DNA of 63,912 bases, counting the filler, from Octopus bimaculoides (lineage: Eukaryota): NCBI RefSeq assembly GCF_001194135.2. It is 3 parts of 3 records of this genome, joined end to end, with 100 filler letters (N's around TTAATTAATTAA, not from the genome) between each part and the next. Parts side by side here need not be neighbours in the genome. Positions count along the whole stretch, not along the records: positions 1 to 28,659 come from NC_068998.1; positions 28,760 to 55,987 come from NC_069004.1; 1 more part is not named here. The stretch is one strand, 5' to 3'. This document shows positions 23,500 to 36,816 of this stretch, one piece after another. Position 1 is the stretch's first letter, and each line of letters starts with the position of its first letter. Made by a program: the position numbers and the translations under genes. The notes beneath the pieces are model-generated. The model made no database searches and was not told the origin of the DNA. It worked only from the letters and a program-made list of their open reading frames with translations.

Positions 23500-26110
23500 G
23501 TAAGCATCAGTAGAGAACGTTTGTGAAAGTAAATATCAAAAGTGAATGTGTGTAAAAATGAAGAAAATTCTTTAAATGTTTATGCAACAAAAGATCAAAA
23601 GTGAAGTGCGTAAAACAAAACGTGTCAGACACAGAGCATGTAAAACTAAACGCGGAGAATGAACTTATGTGAAATTGAACACAAAACATGAGCTTATGTA
23701 AACATCAATGATGATCGCATGTAAAGATAAGCTTCAATAATGAACGTCTGAGAAAGTAAAACTTCAATAGTGAACGTGTGCAAAACTAAATATCAACGGT
23801 GACAGTGTGCGAGAGTAAATAGTGAACGTGTGGAAACTAAAAATCAGTAGTGAACGTGTTCAAAACTAGAAATCAATAATGAACGGGTGCGAAACAAAAC
23901 ATCAATAGTAAATGTGTACAAAACTGAACATCAGCGGTGAACGTATGCAGAATTAAACATCAATAGTTAACGTATCTGAAACTAAAAAATAGTAGTGCAT
24001 CTACGGAAGTAAACATCAATAGTGAACGTGAGAAACAGAACGTCAACAGTGAACGTGAACGAAACTTAACAGCGATAGTAAACATATGCGGAAATAAACT
24101 TCAATAGTGAACGCGTGTAGAAGTGAATATCAAACGTGGACCTGTGCAAAAATAAATATCTATAGTGAAAGTGAGTCAATATGTGCAAAAGTGAGCATCA
24201 GTATACAATGTGTGCAAAATTGAACATGAATACTGAACGTGTACAAAATTAAACATCAATAATGAACGTTTATGGAACTAAATACTAATAGTAAAAGTGT
24301 GAGAAAGTAACCATGAATAGTGAACGTGCTCAAAACTAAAAACTAGTAGTGAATTGTGCAAAACTAAAATTCATGAGAGAATTGTGCAAAAAAAAAAAAG
24401 CCATAAATAGTAGATGTGTGCAAAAGTAAACATCTTAAATTAATGTATTTGGAACTAAACAGCAATAGTGAACCTATACGGAAGTAGACCGCAATAGTGA
24501 ACGTATGCGCACGGTGCACGTTGTCGAAACTAAACGGGAGCAAATGTAACCATTAATAGTCAGCATGTGCAAAACTAAATGTCTATAGTGAATGTGTGAA
24601 AAAGTGAACATCAATAGAACGTGTGCAAAACTGAACATGAATATTGAACGCGTGCAAAAGTAAACATTACTAGTGAATGTGTACAAAACTAAACATCAAT
24701 GGTGAACGTGTGCGCAACGGAACGCCAGCAGTGAACGTTGTCGAAAGTAAATAACAATAGTGAACGTATGTGAAAGTAAAAATTGATAGTGAACATGGGC
24801 GTAACTGAATGTCTGTAGTGAATGTGTGCAAAAGTGAACATCAATACAATGTGTGCAAAAGTGAACATCAATACAATGTGTGCAAAAGTGAACATCAATA
24901 CACTGTGTGCAAAAGTGAACATCAATAGAATGTGTGCAAAAGTGAACATCAATATAACGTGAGCAAAACTGAACATAAATGCTGAACGTGTGCAAAACTA
25001 AACATCAATAGTGAATGTGTGCAAAACTAAACGTCAGTAGTGAATGCGTGCGCAACGGAACGCCAGCAGTGAACGTTGTCGAAGCCAAATAACAATAGTG
25101 AACGTGTGAGAAACTAAACATTAGTGGTGAACATGATCGAAACAAAAAAATGTAGTGAACGTGTGCAAAAGTGAACATCAATAGAATGTGTGCAAAAAGT
25201 GAGCATTAATAGATTGTGTGCAAAAGTGAACATCAACAGTGAACGTGTGCAAAACTGAACATGAATAGACAACGTGTGCAAAACTGAATATGAATACTGA
25301 ACGTGTGCAAAAGCTAAACATCAGTAATGATCGTGTGTGAAACTGAAGAGCAATAGTGAACATGTGAAGAAGTAAACGAACAAGGCGAACATGTGCGTAC
25401 ATCAATAGTGAACGTGGGTGCAACAGAACATAAACAGTGAACGTGTGCGAAACTAAACAACAACAGTGAACGTGTACGAAACTAAATATCTGTAGTGAAC
25501 GTGTGCGAAAATAATGTCAATAATGAACATGTACGGAAACAAATATTAATAATGAACGAGTACGGAACTAAACATCAATAGTGAACGTGTGCAACACTAA
25601 ACATCAATGGTGAACATGTGCAACACTAAACAGCAATGGTGAACGTGTGCGAAAATAAACATCAAATGTAAACATAGATGGAACTGAACATCAATGGTGA
25701 ATGTATACTAAGGTAAACATAAACAGTGAATATGTAAACAACTAAACATCAATACTGAACGTGTGCAACACTAAACATCAATGGTGAACATGTGCAACAC
25801 TAAACAGCAATGGTGAACGTGTGCGAAAATAAACATCAGATGTAAACATAGATGGAACTGAGCATCAATGGTGACTGTATACTAAGGTAAACATAAACAG
25901 TGAACATGTAAAAAACTAAACATCAATAGTGAACGTGTAAAAAAAACTAAACATCAAAAGCATGTGAAACCGAATATGTACAACCGAATAGTGAGCATCT
26001 TTGAAACTGAATACCAATAGTAAACGTTTGTTGAGTTAAACAGATATAGTGAACAGATATAGTGAACATCTCAAAAAGTAAACGGCAATAGGGAAAATTT
26101 GTGAAACAAA
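23500..26110. repeat. Diverged 29-bp minisatellite array (~2.6 kb)
   Basis: Consensus approximately GTGAACGTGTGCAAAACTAAACATCAATA. Includes a 27-bp variant run (~24820-24960) and a 174-bp duplication (25589 vs 25763). Confidence 0.92.
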
Positions 26111-26299
26111 ATAACTGTGGTAATTATATTTAAAACCAGACAACAAAGTGAGCATAATCTCAAAAATAATTGTCGTTTATATGAAATAGATCTATTTATA
26201 ATCTAATATAGAATTTTTAGACATATTACGTACAGATCCATCGAAAATATAATATACATCTTGCATATATATACATATACATATTAAATGTTCTACACA

Positions 26300-26337
<38 letters not shown>

Positions 26338-26448
26338 ATAAAATGTTTTATAGAAATATCATACATATATCAAATGTTCAAAACATATATCACACAATGT
26401 TTTACATGCACACAATATATAACTTTTCTACACACACGCACCACACAA

Positions 26449-26830
26449 ACGAGGCTGCTACCAAAAGTTTCCTGACTATACGTGCCATGGATGCTACGAA
26501 AGGGAATGACGATCACTAATAGCCGCCTACAAAATCAGTTTTATACTTGCTATTCGTATTCGATTTTTAAACTAGATTTTAGAAAATGATGTGTTAAAGC
26601 GATTTTGTGACTTTTACAACAGCTGACAAATTAAAATTATGCGCCAAATTTTGCATGAAACTCAGCCGATAAATCTGTTACTACTTCGACATGCATCGGT
26701 AAGATTTTGGCGAACAGTTTTTAGGTCGAGCACAGTTTTTTTGAGTATCAAGCATGTTTCAAAGCCAGAAGAATTTCGGTTCAAGATGTTAGGCATTCAG
26801 AGCGTCTTTCACCTTGAACGGTCACTAACA
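26449..26830 (+). mobile_element. Mariner 5' fragment
   Basis: TIR-like cgaggctgctaccaaaagtttcc; degraded KFCMKL...FGEQFLGRAQFFE..ACFKARRISVQD helix-turn-helix region. Confidence 0.6.
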
Positions 26831-27223
26831 TTGATTTGCAGATGGGGCACATTAAATAATTATCTTAAGATTTGACATTTTCTTTTAATCAAGTGGCTGG
26901 GGGTAAAGTTGCTTTGATTCAACTGAAGTAAATTACCTCTACGAATTTCCTCGAAGACGAAGTTGATTACGGCAGAATTTGAACTCTGATCGCAAATATC
27001 AAAACATTTCGTTTGACAGTAAGCATTTTACGTTCATGTATCAACGGCTTGTATTCGAAATATCTTAAGTTATAACAGTTTATATGAAAGTACTAAATAC
27101 ATCCAAATTAGATAATAAGTACTGCTTGATTTGATTCAGTGTTTCGATGAATATTTCGTTTTAAAATGTACCAAAGAATAGCTGGTCATTAGATGAGCTT
27201 GTTGAGATTATGTTTAGTGTTAA

Positions 27224-27277
<54 letters not shown>

Positions 27278-27689
27278 GCGTGCGTGCATATGTGCGTATT
27301 TATATAATGTATGATATGGTAGGAAATAGAAAATAAATATGAACAAAGAAAAGAGGTAAATATATGAACATGCTGTATGAAATAAAATAAAATAGAACAA
27401 AATATAAACGACTGTATAATAAAATATTAATTAGAACAAAACAAAAAAGTTTAAATGAACAATTACATAAAATGATATAAATAAAATAAAATAGAACAAA
27501 ACAAAAAATATAGCATGAGCGATTATATTAATATAATCGTTCATAAATTAAAAAAATAAATCATAAATAAACGAAATGAGATGAAATAGCAAAGACTGTT
27601 CCAGCAAGGTTTTACCTATGATGGCAAAAACAAACTATAAAGATAAACTGCATGAAATAAAATAAAATGAAACAAAATAAGTAGAAAGT

Positions 27690-28501
27690 AAGTGATGATG
27701 CTGTAGGTGAATCAACTGTTCAAAAGAGGTTTGCAAAATTTAAAGCTGGAGAGTTTAGCTTGGAAGATGACAGTCGCAGTGGAAGACCTTCAAAGTTGGA
27801 TGAAGATGTTTTGAAGGTAAAAATCGAAGAAAACTCAAATATCACGACTAGAGAACTTGCAGTGTCAGGTGACTTGTGACGAAAGCTGGATCTACTGTTA
27901 TGATCCGGAGCCCAAGAGATAGAGTAACTAATGAAACAACCTGTCTCCCCCAGGCCCAAGAAGGTCAGGGAAGTTCATCATGATCTCCTTTTCCGATAGT
28001 AAGGACGTCATCTACACCCACTAGGTTCCCTCTAGCCAGACGATCAACAGAATACTTTGTAGAGGTTTCGAGATTGTTCAGGAAGAGATTTCGTCACAAA
28101 AGGCCAGAGCTCTTCCTTTCGAATAGGTGGCCACTGCACCAGTCCACAATTCCATCATGGCAATCAACTACTTGAGAGAGATGGACATTAAAGCTGTCCC
28201 TCACCCTCTATACAGTCCAGATCCTGTTTCCTATGACTTTAATTTGTCCCCAAGCTGAAGAACTAAGGGGAAGTCGTTTTGGAGACATTGAGAAAATGAA
28301 GGAGGCAGTTTTACGAGGGTCCTGGGTACCTTCACTTTGAAGGACTTCCATGGGGTCTTCACAAAGTGGATGGAGTGCTACAACAAGCTCATTAAGTCAG
28401 AGGACTCTTCTTTGAAGGAGATTAGAGTTTTGTATGGTACTTCTTTGAAATTAATAAATGTCTCCCCTGACAAAGTTTCAAAACTTCTGGAATGCACATC
28501 G
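27690..28501 (+). mobile_element. Mariner (DD34D-type) transposase remnant
   Basis: HTH fragment ESTVQKRFAKFKAGEFSLEDDSRSGRPS joined to VTCDESWIYCYDPE and PHPLYSPD. Right TIR aaaacttctggaatgcacatcg|TA. Confidence 0.88.
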
Positions 28502-28601
28502 TATTATACATGGTCAAAGATAGGGAGCGAAAGTAGTAAACATTATTATCTATGTAAAATGTTATAAGGCACGAACATATAAGCCTTCTGACAATCACAC
28601 G

Positions 28602-28659
<58 letters not shown>

Positions 28660-28759
28660 NNNNNNNNNNNNNNNNNNNNNNNNNNNNNNNNNNNNNNNNN
28701 NNNTTAATTAATTAANNNNNNNNNNNNNNNNNNNNNNNNNNNNNNNNNNNNNNNNNNNN

Positions 28760-29620
28760 CATTTCTAGTTGGGTTTCTAGGTTCGGCGTACCATCCAGCC
28801 TGACCGCGGATCGTGGTCGTCAATTTGAAGCCGCATTATTTTGTGAGTTATCACGAATCCTGGGGATGCATCATATACGCACCACCAGCTACCATCCCGC
28901 TTCTAATGGGATGGTGGAGTGTTTTCATAGGCAACTAAAGGCCGCATTGCGTGCCTCACCCAATCCGCAGTCATGGACTGAATTTCTTCCTGTTGTCCTA
29001 CTTGGATGCCGGACTGCGGTTAAAGCAGACCTTGGTTTTTCTGCAGCGGAATTATTGTATGATACCACACTGGCATTGCCTGGTACGATGTTGGTACCAG
29101 ACAAATCACAGCCTCCAAATCCAGCGTCCTATATCACTCGATTACGAGATTATTTTTCTAACCTTCCTACTATGAGTCTCCGGCAACAATCTCCACCTTC
29201 TAAAGTGCCATCAGACATTGATTCTTGGTCACATGTGTTTGTTAGGGATGATTCTGTCAGAGGACCCGACCCCTTGTTTCACCTTACAAAGGACCCTTTC
29301 GTGTGCTCTCTCGCGCACCCAAATTTTTTAAAATAGACGCTAATGGTCGTACGGAGACCGTGTCTGTCGACCGTCTGAAGAAAGCGTATTTTGATAAAAC
29401 TACATCTTCTGTTGACAATACTGACATGCCCCCACTTTCAACCTTTGCATACACCTATGTCAACACCACTACCAACGCATACACCTTAATCATCACCATC
29501 ACAAACACATACACCTGTGAAAACTCCACCTTCGTAGTTGAGAACTACCACAAGTGAACCCTATGTCACTAGGTCTGGCCGTACAGTGCAGTGGCCAAAG
29601 AAACTCTCCAAGACAATTTA
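28760..29620 (+). mobile_element. Gypsy/Ty3 integrase C-terminal remnant, bounded by gaps
   Basis: [70 protein letters not shown]; one frameshift near 29270. Confidence 0.92.
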
Positions 29621-32600
29621 TATTTGACTGCATTGTATATTATTGCATTTTTCAGCATTCCTTTTGTAAAAAAGGCTCAAACTGTGTTTNNNNNNNNNNN
29701 NNNNNNNNNNNNNNNNNNNNNNNNNNNNNNNNNNNNNNNNNNNNNNNNNNNNNNNNNNNNNNNNNNNNNNNNNNNNNNNNNNNNNNNNNNNNNNNNNNNN
29801 NNNNNNNNNNNNNNNNNNNNNNNNNNNNNNNNNNNNNNNNNNNNNNNNNNNNNNNNNNNNNNNNNNNNNNNNNNNNNNNNNNNNNNNNNNNNNNNNNNNN
29901 NNNNNNNNNNNNNNNNNNNNNNNNNNNNNNNNNNNNNNNNNNNNNNNNNNNNNNNNNNNNNNNNNNNNNNNNNNNNNNNNNNNNNNNNNNNNNNNNNNNN
30001 NNNNNNNNNNNNNNNNNNNNNNNNNNNNNNNNNNNNNNNNNNNNNNNNNNNNNNNNNNNNNNNNNNNNNNNNNNNNNNNNNNNNNNNNNNNNNNNNNNNN
30101 NNNNNNNNNNNNNNNNNNNNNNNNNNNNNNNNNNNNNNNNNNNNNNNNNNNNNNNNNNNNNNNNNNNNNNNNNNNNNNNNNNNNNNNNNNNNNNNNNAAA
30201 AACCAATTATTAATCATTTAATTAAAATGTAATATTATTTTATAATGAAATCTGTTTTGTAGTGGCGCGAAATTATGGCCGCCATTAAGGAAGTACAATC
30301 TACGCATGCGTAAGGGACTGCCTTCCCGGAAGCCCCTCGAGTGCGCATGCGTAGTAAAACCAGTACTTAAAGCGCTTCACGCGCTTTCTAACTCTCTTTT
30401 AGCGCGATGCCTTCGACGTAACAACAACTTGCTCCTTTGAGATGCCTCAACGAAGCTTTTAACCTTCCAATGCTGATCACAAGTCAACCAGCGGCTGCCA
30501 GGCTGAATAACACAGGATTTGTAAAACCAAGCATCACCAAAAATAAAACTTATTTTTATTATGTTGTTAATTGTTCTACTGTTTCTTAATATATAATTTT
30601 GTTAAAAGGTGATAGAGAGAGACTAATGTCTCTATTGCTACTATCAACCTTTTACAGTCTTAAAAATATTTGTAACTGATATGCCGCTATTCATCTTTCG
30701 TTATTTTTATGGCAAACAAAATTTCTAAGTTTGAACAAAATCTGTTTTTAAAATATTTACAATAGTATCATTTTTTCAATTGTTTTAGCACCATAGTATA
30801 ACGGATCGATGTGTGTCTACATCAAGGTTACCAAATGTAGCGGTAAGATATTATTTCTTATATCGAAGTTACCAAATGTAATGTACAGGATCACCTTTTG
30901 TAATGTACGAATGTAAAGCTCTAGCGTCGGAGATACCAATCGTATCGTATAAATGAGAAGTTACTTTATGTAGAAATAGCGATTTTTGTTCCGTGTCGGG
31001 ACGCTATATATAGATAGTCGAAAGTAGGATGAGACAGCGTAATAACAACAGCGAAGAGAAAAGAAAGATATTCACAGATTTATTTGCCGACAGTGGTTAG
31101 TAACACATTCACAGTAATAATTTTAAATAAGTAACAATGACAATGTGTTGGACGCTCTCTGGTAGTGTGCGTTGGAAGCTGTGTGTAGAAGCCAAGTAGG
31201 GTCTCCTAACAGAGAGGAAGAAAGGGGTAAGAATTGCGTTGTCCCTTTTCATCCGACCGATGCTATGCTCCTGGTTGAGGGATGAAACTAAGAGGGATGT
31301 GCTCTCACTTAGCCAGTTCAAAACTGGAGACGGCCAGAGAGAGATGGTCTCAGTTATATAAAGTTTGGCCAGGAAGTAGGTCAAGCCTAAAACAATGGAT
31401 TGACTTTTCTATGACAGGCGAAGGTCCTTGGTGGTTAGGTGTTTCTCATTGATATCCCAGCATAGAGACAAAACACAAAGGCTCGGACATTCGTCTGACA
31501 AGCAACACGTGAGTGGGTTCGGTTTCGAATCTTCAGCAAAGCATCTTTATAATAGTATCATACAACTAGATTTTTGCAGCACATGTGGAGAATAGGGGTA
31601 ACAGAGGCCCCACTGATGTAAAGGTCGTGGGTTTATAAAAGCGTTTTTCAACATTCAGTAACCAAATATGAACATTTCTTTTGGTCAAATTCCATCTCTA
31701 TATTGCAGAAAAAATCGGTTTCAAATTTTGGTAAAAAGCCAACAAGTTCGGGGTACTTATTTTATCGACCCCTGAAATAATGAAAGGCAAAGTCGACCTC
31801 GGTGGGAATTGAACTCAGAACGTAAAGACGGGCGAAATTTTGCTAAGCATTTTGTCTGGCGTGCTAACAATTTTGTCAGCTCACCGCCTTCTAAATCCTT
31901 CCCTAGTCATATAGATACATAGGGCCAGTTTCTTGGTTTCCGTGGTGCATATACACCCTACTAGATGCTGGTCCATCGCAGGGTTACTCATTTTTGCCAG
32001 CTGAGTGAACTGGAGCAACCTAAAATGAAGTGTTTTGCTCCAGAACCCCACACGCCGTCAAGTCCAGGAATAGAAATGACAATCTTACGATCATTAGCCC
32101 AACACCCCTAATCACTAAGCCACGTGCCTCCACTTATGTCGCAGAAAGTATCACTCGCCCAGATGTTGCTCAGCATTGCAAATACTTTGAGCGTAGATTT
32201 TTGGATTGTCTACAAAGAAATGGATTACGTTGGTATCTCGTACTGTTGTATGCAGAAAAATTATTTACAATTAAATTTTTTCTTTCTATGTATACATGCA
32301 CACACACTCAAACAATCCTGCGCGCGCACGCACACATACATATATGTATATAGTTAGAGATTACCTCAAAACGATTACCGGTTTGCTCTCAGGTATTCAA
32401 ATTATGTTATTCAACAGCTAACATATAAATCCAATAAAGGTAGCGCTATGCAGCTTCGTAGTAATCTGTATCATTAATTTTGTTAATATATGTGCGCGTG
32501 CGTGTGTGCGTGCTTATTTGTATTCAAGAAAGAAAGATACTCTACAAAAACCTGCGGTCAAAATAGTTACCAAACATCTTATGCCTGGTTGTCATTAGAT

Positions 32601-32989
32601 TCTGGCTGCTAGTACGTAGAAGCTGGTATGTATATAGCACAAGCGCTCTGCTCTGATCTCCGTGTGCCGATATTTTTTCAAAGTCCTACGGCGAATGGGA
32701 AAGCGGCGGTGAGTACTGATTTAACGAGTTGTAGGTATACAATCGCTTATTTAACTGCAGTTGGCTTAGGGCTTATCAAACGTCGTTGTCAGCTTTCGGA
32801 GCAGAATCTGGTTTGGGCAGAGTCTCTTGTGATTGAAGAGACCCTTTTAAGGGAAAACATTGTCCAGCCAAATATTGGGAGAGGTCAAGAAAAGATGAGC
32901 CTAAGATTATTTGTTCCACCATCAAATTGGTCAACTACCTGCAGCGATGGCCGTTCAAACTGGCCGGAGAATCAAGAAGAATTTCCAGA

Positions 32990-34150
32990 ATTTTCAAAAG
33001 AATAGAATTGCTTTGAATGTTGCTACATGGAATATTAGAACGTTTCTTGAAAGGGATTCATCCTCGAATCTAGAAAGCAGAACTGCTACTGTAGGCGGAG
33101 AACTGAGCAAGTATAATGTTGGTATAGCCGCACTCTCTGATGAAGGTCGTATATTAAAAAGGAGTGCTGGCTATACGTTCTTCAGGAAAGGGAAACTAAA
33201 AGGGAGAAAGGGAATGGCGGAGTAGGCTTCGCAGTCCGGACAGAGGTTACTAAGCGACTGGAGCAACCACAAGTTATTAGTGATTGGATTCTACACCTGA
33301 AAGTTCTGTCCAGGGAACGTTTCATGACTATTATTACAATGTATGCTCTTGCCCAGGATAGAAGATTTACGAGGGTGTATAATTTCGATTCCACATGCCG
33401 ATAAGATCTCGCTGGTCAGAGATTTCAATGTACGTATGGGAAAAGACCACAACATTTGGGTTGCTTTGGAACATCATGGCACGAACAGGGTGAATACTAA
33501 TGGTCTTGTTTTGCAACTATGCACTGAATTTGAGTTGGCCATATGCAATACTTTCTTGTAACAAAAGTATATCCTTAAAGTAACATGGGTACATCTGAAA
33601 TCTAAGCATGGACTTGGATTATAGCATCACCAGAAAGAAATACCTGCAGGATATCAGCTCCGTAAGAGTTATGCATGGTGCAGAATGTGGTACACACCAC
33701 AAACTTGTACGTGGCAAGATGAAAAAAAAATGCAGATCAATAAAAAGTGAGGACAGCGGGGTGAAACGTATAGATATCCAAACTAAAAAGCTTAAAAATG
33801 CAAGATGCTCTTCATAATGCACTTGACAATATTGTCTTTGAAAGAACCTGGGAAACTATCCAAGGTACAGGTTTACGACGCGGAGCTTGATGTACGCGGT
33901 CTTAAGAAGATAAAATACCGAGACTGGCTTGATGATGATAATGTTCCAATTACCAGGTTCACTGAAGAGAAGAACAAGTAAGAGAAGTGCTTTCTCGCAG
34001 AAGATCCAGTGCAGGTTACTTTTGAGAAAGCCTTCAAAAAGGCAAAGTCAAAACTCGAAAGATAAAAAGTAATTGGTAGTTTGAAGTTTCAGCGGAAATG
34101 CAGACATCTTAAAACTGCAGAGAGTCGAAGGTATTATACGTTACTTCACA
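32990..34150 (+). mobile_element. RTE-type LINE apurinic-endonuclease region, degraded
   Basis: LNVATWNIRT, ELSKYNVGIAALS, GYTFFRKG, GVGFAVR, LVRDFNVRMGKD, ELAICNTF, LDYSIT, CGTHHKLV are APE-domain motifs of RTE/BovB type. Confidence 0.85.
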
Positions 34151-34199
34151 GTAAACCGAAGGAGCGACAAATGGTCATGCAGAGACCCGAATGAGGTTT

Positions 34200-34800
34200 C
34201 AACAGTCATATTTAGCTCCCACCAATTGTGATGGTTCTATGAGTCGTCAACAACGAAGGAAATATCATGGCTCAACACTTTTTTTCACAAAGCTTAAGAG
34301 TCAATGCCGTTGTCTACACAGAGGTTTTGGAGAAAGTTGTGAGGCCCTGAATAGACAGAATACGCAACGGAAGACTGTACTCTCCTAATAAAACACTGCG
34401 CAGTCTCATAAGGTTAGGACAACGCAAGCGTAGATGCGTGCCATTCTCCATGATCATGTTCTCCCATAAACATGGCTTCCTAGCTCATCAGACCTCAATC
34501 CACTGGACTATTACGTAGGGGGCGTAGTCGAAAGAAGTCAATCAACAACCCCATAACACCATAAAATATCTCAAGTCCGCCATAATCAACATCTGTTTCG
34601 GGCATATAAACGCTTCCAAATCTGTATTGAAGCAACCATTGATACTAACGGTGGATTCATTGAATAGTTGTGATAAAAGGATTCTCAAGATTATTTGTAC
34701 CAATTTGCTTTCAAATACAGCTGTCCTTTGGTGAGCTACGCGTATACGTCTTTTTCTACATTCATACAAATGACCTCGAAAAAAATATTGACTCACCCTG
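34200..34800 (+). mobile_element. Tc1/mariner catalytic and C-terminal fragment
   Basis: WLPSSSDLNPLDYYV.GVVE motif; ends in aaaaaatattgactcaccctg, a TIR-like end. Confidence 0.75.
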
Positions 34801-34970
34801 CGTACGTTTAATAACAGTTTGACTCAGCTCCATTTGACTTAAAGATTCGTAGACACGAGGGACGAACCCATTTCATCAAATATCAGAAGAAGAGTAACAA
34901 ATTTGAGATAAATTCAATGTGGTTTTTAGATGTTAGCCTCTCTTAACCAGCTCAGATCACATGATGATAA

Positions 34971-35305
34971 TGTTACGGACGTGACACTGGTTTTTTTTCT
35001 TTATTCTTAGTCCTACGTGCTTGGACAGTTGTTGGTAGTTATTGTTGCAATACTGCAGTATCCCCAAACTGTGACTTTCGATCCTATCAACTATCTTCTA
35101 TGAAGATCTTGCCCCTCAAAGATTGTAGTCCTTAGAGTCACCTTCACACCATCTGATGGTATTACTAGACTACACGGGTATGACAGTCAATAACCTTTAA
35201 GGGAAGCTATACACAGCTTAGGCACTCCTTCAGGTACAGGGATAGACACTCCTTCAGGTACAGGGATAGACACTCCTTCNNNNNNNNNNAATTTCCCCCC
35301 CCCCC
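34971..35305 (-). mobile_element. Probable 3' LTR with polypurine tract
   Basis: On the minus strand: G11 tract (35295-35305), a short gap, then ~310 bp ending in AATAAA (35000-35005) and ...CCGTAACA (34971), a typical LTR end. Confidence 0.55.
35223..35279. repeat. 24-bp tandem repeat running into a gap
   Basis: CACTCCTTCAGGTACAGGGATAGA at 35223 and 35247, partial copy at 35271. Confidence 0.9.
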
Positions 35306-36107
35306 GTCTACAACCATCAGAACGACTTCTCCAACATCAAATGAAATATCATTGGCATTCCCCCAACATATTACTCATATGTAACTCACAAATGCAAACT
35401 CTCTTCGTGAGAGAATACACAAACTCCACTAATCGGAAATATTCATGAACTATCTTATTGTTGTCACCAGATACACTCTGTTAATGAACTTTAAGCCATT
35501 GTAGCTGACAATCCAGATATGCTGACTTGGGTCTGGTTACCCCACACATATGGATAAAGTATTTAATTACTGTTGCCCATATTGACTACGAACATCAGAA
35601 CGACTTCTCCAACATCAAATGAAGTATCATTGGCATTCTCCCTACACATTACTCACATTACCCATTTGTGTTGGTTATCCAGTCTCATTTTTTACGTACA
35701 TCCACGTAAAAACAACTGACGCTACTGGGCTAAGACTCTACTGAACGATGACTGAGCTACTTTATTTCATTTTATTTGCCATAAAGGCAGTATACAGAGT
35801 AGCTGCGGGCTGGACAACACATTAATGACTGAGCTACTAATCCATGGCAATACCACACCCAACCACTTCACCACAGCTTGCCGCCAATATAGAGGGAGGT
35901 TCCTGCCAACATCCTGTGCGAGTACGTAGGCGTAATAATGCTCCTGTAGCATTAACACTACGTGACCTGAGCTGACCAAAAGAGGTCTATCTAGAAGTCG
36001 TCTTGTGTTTGTTTTAGATCCAATACTCATCTTCCGATATATGATATATACGCGCCCATGAAGCTTTAAATCATATGGAGCTAAGTCAAACTGTTGTTAG
36101 CGCGCAT

Positions 36108-36140
<33 letters not shown>

Positions 36141-36771
36141 CGCACACGTCTATCGTCTAAGGTTTTTGTCTGTGGATGGTGTACTGTACGAAATATTTCG
36201 ATGCCTAGTATGTGGGTGTGTACATGAATGTTCTGTATCTGGTTATTTGTGTGTGTATCGTTCATCTTTTACTTGTTCCAGCTATTAGGCTTAAAGGGCT
36301 TAGTCGAACAAATCGATCTCAGTACTTATGTTTTTTTAAACCTAGTACTTATTCTATCGATGACTTTTTGTCAAACTGCTAAGTTACAGGTAGGTAAACA
36401 AACCAACGCCTGTAGTCAAACGGTAGTAGGGGACAAACACAAAGACACACATAGATACACACACACACACACATGCACACACATACACACACACGCGCGC
36501 ATACATACGCACCCACACATACACACACATATGCACGCACGCACACGCACGCACACACACACACGCACACACACACACACATACACACACACACACACGA
36601 CTGACTTTCAGTTTCTGTGTACCAAATCCACTCACAAGGCTTTGGTCGGCCCGTGTCTATAAGTAGAAAACACTTGCCCAAAGTACCACACAGTGGGACG
36701 TACATGTGCGTGAAAAAATATCTGTGTAGGCAGGAATGTGTCGTCTGGGGATACAGTATAAATGTATTTGT

Positions 36772-36816
<45 letters not shown>

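Noticed and set aside
23500-26110. Possible CRISPR-like array, or repeat protein (MFTFAHIVL ORFs at 24474-25423)
   Set aside because: Units are contiguous with no unique spacers, there are no cas genes and the context is eukaryotic. The 29-bp period is non-triplet, so the ORFs are by-products.
28704-28715. Isolated TTAATTAATTAA between N-runs (again at 56032-56043)
   Set aside because: An identical 12-mer with stop codons in all six frames, embedded in gaps; most likely an assembly or scaffolding linker rather than biology.
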